A stretch of 62,291 nucleotides of DNA, filler included, from Sphacelaria rigidula (Eukaryota): NCBI GenBank assembly GCA_964200075.2. It is 6 parts of 6 records of this genome, joined end to end, with 100 filler letters (N's around TTAATTAATTAA, not from the genome) between each part and the next. Parts side by side here need not be neighbours in the genome. Positions count along the whole stretch, not along the records: positions 31,199 to 41,496 come from CAXNAA020006764.1; positions 41,597 to 51,894 come from CAXNAA020006765.1; 4 more parts are not named here. One strand, given 5' to 3'. The notes beneath the pieces were generated by a model. That model saw only the letters and a program-made list of their open reading frames with translations, was not told the origin of the DNA and ran no database searches. Every line of letters starts with the position of its first letter. Position 1 is the stretch's first letter. Below are positions 37,535-49,474 of the stretch, one piece after another. A program made the position numbers and the translations under genes.

Positions 37535-38285
37535 TTACGGATTCGTAGTGGGAGAATTGGTTTGGTGGGATTTGTCGTAGCGACTGTGTAGTGCTTCTTG
37601 TATTTGTTTTGTTAGTGTTGATGATGATTAACTTGTTGTCATGGGGAGCAACTTGTGTTTTCCTCATATTTCGACGACCGTCGAGTGGTGTTTAGTCACT
37701 GAGGCTTTTTCTTGGGTTTGATTCAGATATGTTGAAGAACATCTATTATTGCCAACTTTATAGAGAGGACAGAAATTATTGAGTAGCGATGTACTGGCGC
37801 TTGTTTCACTGACGTGGAAGCATCGGTCGCGGAAGACATGAGCCGTCGTACATATCCAAGTATATATGCTGAACTGTACGACTGCCGTATAGGACCAGCT
37901 CTTGTAGATTCGTGTCTCGTTGCTGTACATACCACCCCCCCCCCCCTGCCTCTGTCAATGTCACGCTCGAACATACTGTAGGCATCGTCCTTTTCGGCAA
38001 GTGCGGTGTGGAGTGTTGTGGACTTGCGGCTCTAAATACACAACTCGATAGCCCTTCGGGTGAAGCTCTGTACCGCGGGGTAACCGATGGTCCGATGTGT
38101 TACGGGGTTCGATGTGCTGCCCCCGTATGGCCAAGTCGTGAACAGACTTGGGTCAACCTGTTGGCTATATTCTGTACCATGAGGTTTAGTGAAAAGAGAA
38201 GTCATGTGTGCCAAAGTCAACTAAGGTTGGCGGAAAACAAGACGGAGTAACCTGAGGAGTGAAGGGTTTGTGCCCCGTGCTTTAA

Positions 38286-38517
38286 CCCTCTTGGAACCGT
38301 TGATGGAAAAATGACGATTTACAATTGACGTTTTCTTGGGCAAGACATGGTTGTTTTTCTGCAACTGTTGATGATGCATCCCACCAAGACGGTGCACCAC
38401 TCTAATTCCAAGTATACTAATGTGACAGATTCGTGCACCGAAGTCGAAGTGACGTTTCCCGTTGACGAAAGCTCGCATATGGGAGTTTGTGCTGTTTTTC
38501 GCAAAGTTCCAAAAGGG
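38286..38517. mobile_element. piggyBac-like MITE
   Basis: TTAA|CCCTCTTGGAAC ... GTTCCAAAAGGG|TCAA; an inverted homologous copy lies at ~45565-45834. Confidence 0.7.
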
Positions 38518-38884
38518 TCAAGGGTGTTGAGTGGAGAGTCGGCATTGGGTCAGCAAGGAAAATGTGATGAAAATTGCTGTTTTATCATTCCTGGCTGTAC
38601 TGCTCGTACTACACTATAAAAACGGGGCCGCGAATGGTTGCGTAGCAAAGAAGGGTTGCATAGCTTTTTCGTCTCAACGGCGAGAGAAATTGGGCGCATT
38701 TTTTGTTTTCTGCTTCCATTCATTTCTGTGCATGGCAGCCGACCAGAAAAGGAGTGCACATTAACCTTCCAAGTGCAGACACGCCTTGAGTTCAATCCGC
38801 TGGGATATCGCCACACAGACGAGTTTCATGTGGTCGATAGCGTCGTGTTGCCTTGCACGCGAAATCCCTTCATCGTTCGAGTGG

Positions 38885-39486
38885 TGAACGATGCTACGAT
38901 AGGGTTGCACTTTTTGAGCGAGAATGTTTCTCGGCATCATTTTCACTTGAAAAATACTGAAAATGATTCCGATTCACGAAAAGGCCCCTGTGTGCATCTC
39001 CATGTCCTGTCCCCGGAGATTTGGGTTGTACAGTAAGCCCCATTTATGTGGGCCCCTACAAGAACGAGACCGGGAAACAAAAAGTGCAACCCCTATCGTA
39101 GCACCGCTCGAGAGTGTCTGGTTTTCGAGTCTTCGGGTACTATAGATCCGAGTGATAACAGAAACCTCGCAGCAATTGTCTTTGAAGTCTGGGACGGCCC
39201 CAGCTACGTGGGCATGACATTGTTCGAGAGTGATGCTACGGTAGGGGTGCACAAATATTTTCTGAGGTTAGAAATGTTGGGAGCACTTTATCTCATGCAA
39301 AACACAACCCATGAAAATATGATTAAGTACGCCAGGATCACTACTTCGATATGCTGGGGATATCCCGAGAATGAATTTGCAAACGGGGATGCCCTGATCC
39401 ATATTTTTCTGCATCTAGAATCTTTACGAGCCCCTGAACTAGACATGATTTCGCGAAAAAAGTGCACCCCTACCGTAGCATTGCTC
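38885..39486. mobile_element. cluster of MITE family B copies (38885-39110, 39228-39486)
   Basis: 25-bp TIR GAG(T/C)(G/A)ATGCTACGGTAGGGGTGCAC; further ends at 39685-39715, 40766-40895 and 41434-41496. Confidence 0.8.
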
Positions 39487-39540
39487 TGGTGATATAATAA
39501 AACACTGAACCCATTCCTTCGCTTACTTTCGTGGAAAATC

Positions 39541-40190
39541 CAAGGTTGTGTTCTATAGGGTACGGGTATGTTCTTTAGGGTATGAGACTCATTATACGAT
39601 TTACAGAAGTATCTGGGACCGGTATGAAAGTCTCACAGAAATTACAAAACTGTCGGGTACCGGGTCGAAAGTCTTGCAAAAATAAGCAATGCTACGGTAG
39701 GGGTGCACTTTTTGCGCAGCATGTTGTCTGGTTCATCTGCGCCACCAGAACTTGTCGGGTGTGATACATGTATGGGAGGCTTACAGAAAAACCGTACCGG
39801 CAATCGGGTATTTTTTCAAGAGCATACCCGCGCTCCGGGTCCGGGTAAACATTCTGTACAGAACTCACAGAACTGTCGGGTAAGAGTATGGGAGGCTTCA
39901 GAAATCACGAAACTGTCGGGTAGGGAATAGAGGTCGCACAGAGAACCGTACCCGCAATCGGGTATCTTATCAGGAGCATACCCGTGCCCCCTGGTAACGG
40001 TACAGGAGGCTTACAGAACTCACAGAAGTATCGGGTAAGGGCATGAGAGTCTTACAGAGATGACAGACCTGTCGGGTACCGGTATGAAAGTCTTAGTCTC
40101 ACCAAAGTCACAGAATGGTGAGGTCAGGTAATATACCCGGGAAAATTCCCCGGGTATACAGAAAACCGTACCCTACAAAAGACGACCTTG
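39541..40190. mobile_element. non-autonomous TIR element with internal GTACC/ACAGAA-rich tandem repeats
   Basis: TIR CAAGGT(T/C)GT(G/C)TT(C/T)T(A/G)TAGGGTACGG at both ends; internal repeats CTTACAGAACTCACAGAA..TCGGGTA. Confidence 0.7.
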
Positions 40191-40350
40191 GTATCATCGT
40201 CACCCCTGTGGTGGGCCATACGCCACTACAGTGACGAACTGCAGATGATAATTCACGAAGACTCTGAACGGCTTCATGGGGTTGATAGGGATAGACTACA
40301 CGAACACTCGCAGGAGTAAATGTGCACGGAATTGTCAACGTCTATCGGCT

Positions 40351-40494
40351 TCACGTAGACTCCCAGAGAGCACATGAAGGAGCATTGACGGCTGCCCGCT
40401 CTCTGGAAGCCCTTCGGCACGCGACAAAATCGCCGACGGCCTTGACGACTTTCGGTGGAAACTCATGCTCTGTGCCGTGCATGTCGATAAAGGG
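40351..40494 (-). CDS. possible terminal exon of an alpha/beta-hydrolase-like protein
   Basis: CCCCAG acceptor, then PFIDMHGTEHEFPPKVVKAVGDFV...stop, resembling an esterase catalytic-His segment. Upstream exons were not found. Confidence 0.25.
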   Translation of the reverse strand, partial: PFIDMHGTEHEFPPKVVKAVGDFVACRRASRERAAVNAPSCALWEST

Positions 40495-41496
40495 CTGGGG
40501 TTTGATTACCACGACACAATCATCATCAACGTAAATGACGTGCGTCTTGCTACTTGATCTTCAGGTGACGCAGATGAACCGCCCCCGCAAAAGCCACCAC
40601 TCGAGTCTGGGGGTGATCCATCTTGACGGTCTGCAGTGCTGCTCATGTTTCGTGTTTCCTCTCAGCAGTACGCGGTTACGTCGTATCCTGTCATGTTCCA
40701 AACTAAAGAACTTCCACTTTCCAACGTTGAATTTTCATTAGCGTGCAGTGTTGAGTGGAGGAAAAGGGGGTGCACACTTTTTTCTGAGGCTCCGCACATG
40801 AAGAGCCGCTCGATGACAAACATCTGGGCCTTATAATAGTGTGCAGCCTCAGAAACCTCCTGGACTAAAAAGTGCACCCCTACCGTAGAATCACTCACAC
40901 ACGCACATGCACACGCACGCAAGAAAAGATCCGAACGAGCGAGGCGGGCTGCCGCAACACAGGGCCGTTTTTGTTGTTGTTGGTCGCCACAGTAATCAGT
41001 GGGAAGAATGCGTGCCCTCATCATTTTCTCGTGCATTACTACTAATTGAAATAACGGAAGCAAAAGTTGGGAATTGTCGATATTTGGGGTGGTTTTGTGG
41101 GGGTGTTTCTTGACCGATTAACCTTTTTTCGTCCGAAGAAGCAATCGCATCAGATCCGCTCATCTCCCGAAACAAGCGCAATGTGTGACCAACAATTGAA
41201 TAGCCAGCCAAGGGTCTGTTGAAAATATATTTCGGGACACGTAGGCCCCAAGATCGAAAATTCGAGTTTCTGAACGGGGGGGGAACACCCAGCCCGCTGT
41301 CCCCTAGGTTATCGCCGAGGCGTTGTTGACGGATGCGGTCAGCTGCCGTGTACAGAGATCCTTCGCATGGAGACCGCTGAGATGACGAGCACATCGACCC
41401 TCCAAGCTCATCTCACCTACCATGATTACATTTGAGTGATGCTACGGTAGGGGTACAGAAATAATTTCTGAGGTTAGAATTGTTAGGAGCCCCTTA

Positions 41497-41596
41497 NNNN
41501 NNNNNNNNNNNNNNNNNNNNNNNNNNNNNNNNNNNNNNNNTTAATTAATTAANNNNNNNNNNNNNNNNNNNNNNNNNNNNNNNNNNNNNNNNNNNN
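41497..41596. other. artificial contig linker
   Basis: N44-TTAATTAATTAA-N44. Confidence 0.97.
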
Positions 41597-41720
41597 TGTG
41601 AGCCTGGTCCGGCGAAAAGCCGGCGTGCTCCGTCCCGGCTTTGTAGGTATTCGAGGTCAATGGTCTTATGACTATGGCATGCATGATCATGAGTACGCAC
41701 ACCCCCGCGCCTCTCCTCCC
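41597..41720 (+). mobile_element. repeat family C 3' portion
   Basis: GAGCCTGGTCCGGCGAAAAGCCGGCGTGCTCCGTCCCGGCTTTG..GATCATGAGTACGCACACCCCC, followed by CTCTCCTCCCTCCAG. Confidence 0.85.
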
Positions 41721-42689
41721 TCCAGGTTTTGGGGAGTCGAAGGAGGTTTTGTAACACTTTTCAAAACGGACGTTGATAGCCCTGCGCTAGTGGCCGAGCA
41801 CTGGACTGAACCATCACGAATTTAGACCGGACCAATAGGGGCCCTTTCTTGTCGGAGACGGTTGCTCTTGGCAAATCGGAATTTACCCTCGGGGTATCGA
41901 ACTGTCATTGCTTATCGGAGTAGAAATAACTTATTACAGTCCGATATGAGGTGAACAATAAGTCCGCATAGCTGTGGTTCGGTGTATAACAACACGGCAG
42001 CGTGCGTAGCATCCCCGGGACCTTTCATGGGCGAAACGGGGTTGTGTGACCCCTCTCCCTGAGGATTGTAGGCACGAGGCCCCCTTGCCTGGTCTTTATG
42101 TACAGGTATGTCTTACCCTTACATTTCCGGAGCTCTTGAACCCTTGCTCATCCTTTCAGAAGTCTGATGCAACCCTTAAAGCCTCCTTGTTGGTGACCTT
42201 CACCTATCTCAGGTCTGAGATGGTCGTTGAACCTTCAAGACAGCAACAAATTCCAGTCTACTACCTGCACAACATTTCTCTGTTGGCCGATATCTGGAGC
42301 CTGCTCGCAGTTCTTACCGCCTTTCTTGGTATTATTCTCGGCACTGTTCTTGGCATTGTTCTTGCTTTTCTTGCTTTTCTTCTCCTTGCTCTTCTTATTC
42401 TCCTTGGTGTCGTTGTTGCTGTCACCGTCACCATTGTTGCTGTTATTTTTGCTCCTGTTGCTCCTGTTTTTGTTGTTGTTGTTGTTGCTGCTATTTTTGC
42501 TGTTGCTGCTGCCACTGCTCTTGTCGCTGATACAACGAAACACCTTACAGTACAGGGACAAAGTTCGTTTCAAAAAGAGTTTTGAGGACATACATCTTAT
42601 AGTAGGAGCGCTCGGGTGGGTGAGAAGGGCCGATTTGACGAAAGGGTGGAGATACGACAATTCTCTCCCGTGTGCACGAAAACTGGGGC

Positions 42690-42748
42690 TGTGCCGTGTG
42701 CCATGTGTGCCATGTGCCATGTGCCATGTGCCATATGCTATGTGTCAT
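42690..42748. repeat. (GTGCCAT)n heptamer tandem repeat
   Basis: ~8 imperfect units. Confidence 0.85.
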
Positions 42749-45059
42749 GGACAACAAACGACTTCGTAACAGGTCGGTACCCCCCTCCTACCCACTTGCG
42801 TCAATACAGCCGACGGGGGACAGGCCGGGGGGTCGCTCGGGGTGAAGGTCAAAACATGCGAGAATGTGAAAGTTCGGGATAAAAACCCAAAGAGTTATCC
42901 TCACCTCGGCAAAATGCTCCGCGGCTGTGGTGTACACTTTTTTATCTAAATAAATTTCGGACTCCTTCACATGGCCAGTACTATGCGAACCCACAAAAAA
43001 GCGGCCGCCGCCTGCGGCAAAGCCATCACAAGGTCACAATACGAGAGGTGCAACAATGCAGAAGGCCACGGCGTTGGGGGGTAAGTACATAGTTGGTATT
43101 CGTCGCAGATAGCGGCAGTCAGTGCGGTGTCGCAACCCATTGCGTCATCGCTAGGCGGCAACCCACATCTACTGCAGCAGCACACGCATTGCGCTTTCTT
43201 CGTACCATGATCATTGTTGATGCGCAAGGCGCGGGTAGCCTCGCTTGCGTCAGCCAGTGATCGGAACAGCATCACTGCCAGCCAGCCCCGTTGTGGGTCT
43301 TGACCGAGAAGCTTGGCCATCGCGATGCCAGGAAAAAATAATGCAGAGTCCTGTGAAGGGGAAAGCCAAGCAAGATTCACAATCTAGATCGACCACCGTA
43401 AAACAACAAGCGCAGATTGACCATCATCGAAGATACAGGTCTATGATGGTCAGAATTACAAATTGGACATCACCAATAATGCGGATCGATATGAGTCAGC
43501 AACACATCTTGACCACCGTCGGAAACCGCAGATTAACCGTCATTGAAACTACAGGTGAAAATGAAGTACAGATTGAAAACCATGAATATATTGAATATCA
43601 AATATACTGACATCAAAACAACCGTCACCGTCGAGAAACGCTACCACGCAAAGCGATGTTGAGCGGGGGAAAAGTGAGGGATGCTGCCACTTGCGGAAAC
43701 TAGACGACATCGACAAGCGGCGCTGGAGATAAAGTGCTGAATAAGAACAACACTCGCACATCACGCTCGTCATCTAGGCTCAAACGATGACCAGCAAAAC
43801 GGCAGCTACTCGCAGGGTGTGATGAGACGGTCGTGCCAAACACAGCTCACTACTAATATGTCGGATGTCACGACCCCCGTCGGCAGTTCAGCGTACATCG
43901 CGGCGTACGTATCCTTTCCTGCTTTCGTCGCCATCTTACTCATGCCTTATTCGCTTTCGCTCTGCGCCTTGCCTTTGCCGGAAAAAAAGGATCTGATCAA
44001 AGATCCGACAAGCAAAAACAAACACGGGGAAACGACACTGAGTTTAGGATACTTGAGGATTGCATAGGCTCAGGTACAAAGTGTGGAGTGTTGAGAAAGA
44101 GTGAAGATTGCAGTTGACGTTCTGTACCTAGCATAACTCCACTATGTATACCTTGGGAGATAAATGCCGAATCGTGCGGTTGCCTGATCCATTTTGTGTT
44201 GGCCTTGGTTCATCTGTCAACCTCGTCTAGTCCACACTGCTTACCAGAGCGGTACACAACGTGGACCATGTTGGTCCGCACGAGAGCGTCAGCGTGGGAC
44301 AACCGAAGACTGTCATCACACGTGAGCGGGCGTTTCTTTCTCATCGCACGTAAGAAGGACGGCTGATGTTGCCTTTATTCTTCACGAGGCTCACGGTCAA
44401 AAACTCTCGCATATCCAGTTCGCCAGGTACGCGCACCGGTAAAAAACGGGGCGTCGGGCTGTTGGTGTACAAGACACTCTTGTGTACGTCAAGATTCTCA
44501 GGTTTTACACGCGACCCGGCGTGACTAAGGCTGTGTAATGGGAGCACTTCACGACGGTCACTGACAGCAAATTAACATTTACTGACGTTGGTTGGCAAAG
44601 GTCAGTAGCTGCGCCAAGATGTGGTACTGTACCCATATACGGACACTCTTGCTGTTATTCACTGTGTCGAATGTACGCCTATCACGGCCATTGTTTAATG
44701 GGTGGTACATGTTTTTCGCCATTGCTTCGCCGTGATGAGGGTCTAAGAAAAGTGGCACGGACTTGTCTGGCGTGTACTTCTTTTCTATTTGTATAGGCAT
44801 AATTTTGTTTCTTCCCAGTGACTCCGCCACCGCCCCCGCCCCCGGTGAAATGCCTACTTCGGCACGCTCCGAAATGTGTCACATGAACGTTAGAATGACA
44901 ACTTTGATGTAGAACCGCTCGCATACAAACCAAAAACAAAAGAGCCGTGAGAACAGATAGCGGCTCATCTGGCATCTATTTCGGCCACAGTATTTTGGGT
45001 ATGAGCTCCCATTCATGAACTCTACGGAAGCGAGTCACCAAATTGCGACTTGCATACAC

Positions 45060-47940
45060 CAGCAGAAAAGAAACACACACTCGTATAGAGAGAGAGATGG
45101 GGAGAGAAAGAGAGAACAAAAAAGAAGGGAACCGCGGAAGTGATGGAGCCCATGGACGTCGTAAGCAGGCACGAATGCACAACCAGGGAACAAACACGTC
45201 AAGGCTACGGACCAAGGACGAAATCAACAACCGATGGGGAGGGACGGGGGTATATCACTTTCCACGGTAACCCAGCTTCCCTGATCCACTCATTCCTAGT
45301 CGGGTATTACGCGGGACATTTTCTCGGCCACCTTCATCCTAGATTCCTCGAGAGCAGTTGCTGTGGTGGTGTTGGCGATGGAAGCTCTCCGATTGGCGAC
45401 TGTTGACACAGCAGTCTCTCGTTTGTGGTAAAGGTCCGATTGGTTTTTGCTTCGCATCGCCAGGTGTCCTCGAACTCTTCCGCTCCCTTTCTCGATCTCC
45501 AAGATGGCATTTGCCCATATTCTTCGCCGCAGTGGCCCAATCGTGTGCGTATTTATCCCTTGTGAAACTCGCGCAAAACGTACAAGCTCCCATATGCCAG
45601 CTTTCGTCACCGGGAAAACGTGCACGAATCTGTCACAATAGTATACAGTACTTGAACTTAGAGTGGTGCACCGTTTTGTGGGGCTGCATCAACAGCACTT
45701 GCAGGAAAACAACCATATTTTGCCCAATTATTTTTTTATTTTTTCCGCGCATTAGTCTGATCTCGTGAATCCGTCGCAGAAGGAAACGTCGATTGTAAAT
45801 CATGATTCTTCATCAACGGTTCCAAAATGGTTAACCTCCGTATTGTAGGCGAACCATTTCCATTGTGCTTATTTACGTGGAAGAGCCTATTGTGACTAAT
45901 GCAGCTTGTTCCCTCATTGTGTTGGGGGGGGTGACCAGCCTCCTTGGGCCCTTGTGCAGCTAACCGTCCGAGCATGGTGTGTTGTGGACGACGTATTTCG
46001 TCTAACAAGAACCCCCATGAACCAGAGTTGGCGCTTGCGGACAACCGTCTCGATACGTTCGCAGTTAGTTATCTCGAGCGCCTCTCTGTTTGAAAGAGTC
46101 TTGAAGTCAGTCCACTCCTTCTTGCGGAACCCAACCACTCGCGGCAATAGCTTGTGAGAGGCAAAGCGCAGGCTCTTGGAGTTCTGGGGACGCAGCGCCC
46201 ATGTATTACATCCGCACGGCATTTCTTCTACCACCTCTGCTACGCAGTCGGAGTTTCAGAGATAGCTGGGCGTTGGGTCGATCGCAGAGGTGAGAGGTAT
46301 ACCCTCCGAGGCGTGCCCAAGGGGGGTTGATTTAGACGGAAATATTCGCATCCGCGTTGACAACGTCACCAACGTAGACAAACTCTGCTGTCTGCCTATA
46401 CTGTTGGCCTGCCGTGCTGACGTGCAGAGTGGTCTCTACGGAGCTGGGTACTGACCACAGGCGCATGGGTTCTGCCCAACTCTCCGATACCGGCAATTCG
46501 AACTCCTGGCAGCCAACGACTACCACGGCCATTATTCTAGCAAGCCCGTCTGCGGACTTCGATACTCTACCAGCGTCATCCGCGAACAGCACTGTCCACA
46601 CCGCTGGCCGCGCCTTCTCCAGCGGCACCTCTTCCAGGATTTCACCATCGTGACCTTTTGGCGCATCAGCTCGATATACCAGAATCGAGGCGATGATATG
46701 GTCTGTCACGAACTGCTGTAAGATCACGTCGACCAAGGCTGCGCCGAAGATGTTCAATAGCGAGGACGAAACATGTCCATGTCTTAGTCCCTGGGAGACA
46801 TGGACCCGCGCCGATAGTTTGCCATCACCCAGCTGTACCCGAGCTTGCATGCTGTTGTCATCGTACGGATGACTGTGATCATCCGCGGCGGGGCTCCGAA
46901 GCTGTCAAGCACTCCCCACAGGAGCGTGTGGTCTACGGAATCGTAGGCCCTCTGGAGGTCGATGAAGCACATGTTTGGTGAGACATTGCTCGCCTGTTCC
47001 AACTCCTGTAGTCGGCGTACTACGAACATCATGTCAGTGGTCGATTGTTGACCCAGTAATCCGCACTGCTCTTCCTGGAAGACCCCTGCCTCCTCGCAGA
47101 AGCCACCAAGCCTGTTGGCTACGACTTCGATGAGGACTTTATCAGCGTATACCACGATAGAGATGCTGCTAGTTACCACACTCGGTCCTATTCTTGTGTA
47201 ACGCTCGAATACTGGTGTATTTCCACTCCTGCGGCACCTCGCCAGATGTTTAAACCGCTGGAATCATGGTGTAAAAGTGCTACAGAATCTACGAGGGCTC
47301 TCCGATCGATCCAAGCTTGAGGAGTGTAGCAGGTAGACGCGCTCTATCGTTGCTATAGCCCTCAGAGCCTCCTTAGTTTCACTCAGGCGTGGCGGCTCTC
47401 CAAGTGGCAACGCTGTTGGTCGCTGCGTCATGTTCTCGATGATGGCGCGGTCGATAGTTGAAGATATGGCATTCAGCAAGGTAGAAAAGTGTCTTTCCCA
47501 TCTCTCACAGATTGAGCTTTTGCCCCGGAGTGGGTTCCTGTCCTCTTCCCTGGTAGACTGCTCGCTCCGTACTTTGCGTCCCGCTAGACTCTACCCACCT
47601 TTCAGGTGTCTGTGCTATCCTCTCATATCCCCAAGTCTAATGTTATCCTCCAGTTCCTTCGCATACACCTCCAGGTACTTCTCCACTTCGGTTTGTGTCA
47701 GCTCTTTCACCTCTTTGAGTTCCTGTACGCTGTTCGCAATGTGCACCACGCGGGGATATCTCTTGATCCCAGTCGCACCGTCAACCTCACCCTTTCTTTC
47801 CCTTTCATCCAGGCCTGCACGAACTTCCTTCGGATGGCAGCATCCTGGAACCACCGTGATCCACGTGGATTTTGGGTCTGACGGGGCGCCACCTATTCAG
47901 CAAAGCTCAAAAGTTTGTCGGCGACGTTCGCAGCCAGCGC
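45060..47940 (-). mobile_element. 5'-truncated, degenerate RTE-clade LINE (reverse transcriptase)
   Basis: Frameshifted ORFs: EEQCG..STTDMMFVVRRLQE..CFIDLQRAYDSVD (46784-47179), SQGLRHG..LFADD (46332-46850), GCNTW..IETVVRKRQLWFMG (45914-46234). Pyrimidine-rich 3' UTR at 45060-45270. A piggyBac-like MITE is inserted at ~45565-45834. Confidence 0.88.
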
Positions 47941-49474
47941 ACTGACTATATCGCCAGCTCTACATCAACGCGGCGACACCTGTTTCACTGGTTGTCAGGG
48001 TCAGACATAGAGTCACTGTGTTCGATGAAGGACAAGGTCCCCCTTATAGTGCCCAATATTCGCACAAGTTTCTTGGTCATGATCTATGTTCTGCATCAGA
48101 TCACTGCAGAACCGGATATAAAAATCACGACAAAAATTGAACAAAAGACGTTTTTCTTCATCCCGAACACGCCGTCCTAGGTGAGGTAAACCCGCCGCAT
48201 GCTTTACACCTGTACGGAAGCGCTCCTTAACTTCGCTGGACGTTGTACGGTACGTTGTTTGCATGAATCCAGGCTCAATCGTTATTTCGGGGTGCCTTGG
48301 CTGATGAATAAATACTCTGTCGATCAGGTGAAAGTGGCACAAACCTGGAAATGATTTCTGGTCTCGAAAAAAGAACAGATAATGTAATGTTCACGGAGAC
48401 TTCTTCAGTCGCCTGGCTTCAAGATGATCATCTGAGAGCTTGCGTTTCATATGAACAGCAGTATTGAAGCTGGGTGCATATGTACAGCCGCTGCAGGGTT
48501 TTGGGGGGGGACACAATACACTGTACTCGACCGACAAGTCGCTCGAGCAATGTTCAGAACTAAAAAATAATCTGACCCGGGATATTAGCCTAATTGTTGG
48601 GGTGAAGAATTCTGGAAAATATGTCTTGTTAAGTGTTTCAGAAGCGGCACGGCTTGACCAAAGGCATACGGCCAACGACCGAGGCGGGGCGAGGTACACC
48701 TGAATCACGTCCTTGTCAAAGGTCGCGGTAAACATTTCAATCCGTTGGCGAGCACTGATGTCAACCTGTTCTTTGGAGCACGTCGTGAATTTCCCCCTTA
48801 CAACAGAAAGTTCCGGATTTTTGCTTTTGCCAGCGTGAGGATCCATTCTAACGAGACTTAAAAAAGAAGCGAAGCGCAAAGCAAGCGTCCAAGAGCACCA
48901 TGTGAATTGATTGACGTGACATCGCGCGGTGGGGTGATTTCGCCGAGACCGATCAACATGTTACTTTTCGACGCTTGGTTTGCTCTGCGCTTTTTTGTCT
49001 CGTCAGGATGGGCTCTAAGGCCGACAAACAGAAAATGACGGACTGTTACGCTCACAGTTTTCTTTGCTAGCTCCACTTGTGATAACCTAACGAGTTGTTT
49101 CTTCCCATGCCGATAAACGGAAACCAACCTTCATCTCTTGTCAGCGTTTGGCTTGGGGGTGGGGCGCTTATTCGGGCAGTTTACGGCTTGCATAACATGC
49201 GTTCCCCCATTTTTTCCCCCACGATCTTAAAAAAGTTGAGAATGGTGACTGCCATAAAATATGGCCGTAGGCTCAACAATTTCTTACGCTAACATTGACA
49301 AACAATGGATGTGGTTTCCCTAAACTCTCTAGTAAGACGTTGTATTACCTGCCGGTTGCACCTGCCGGTTGGAGTGTTACGTATCGGCACCGCTGAAAAG
49401 TATGGAGGTATGGTGTTAGCCCAAAATTGTGCCAAGCCGTTGCGTTCAACATGTAGGATGCTGGATAATGATTA

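Larger units (their letters stand above)
42117..49130 (-). pseudogene. decayed multi-exon gene of unknown family, interrupted by an RTE-type LINE
   Basis: AG/GT-bounded protein-like segments (KESEIYLDKKVYTTAAEHFAE|VFRCISDK..N/K/S-rich..|VKVTNKEALRVASDF*KDEQGF; EKKYTPDKSVPLFLDP; RLLFNFCRDFYIRF) with in-frame stops; no domain recognised. Confidence 0.3.

Noticed and set aside
42046-42769. Hydrophobic membrane-protein ORFs on the + strand (also 60984-61596 on the - strand)
   Set aside because: They are antisense readings of AAC/AAG/GAC-rich low-complexity tracts.
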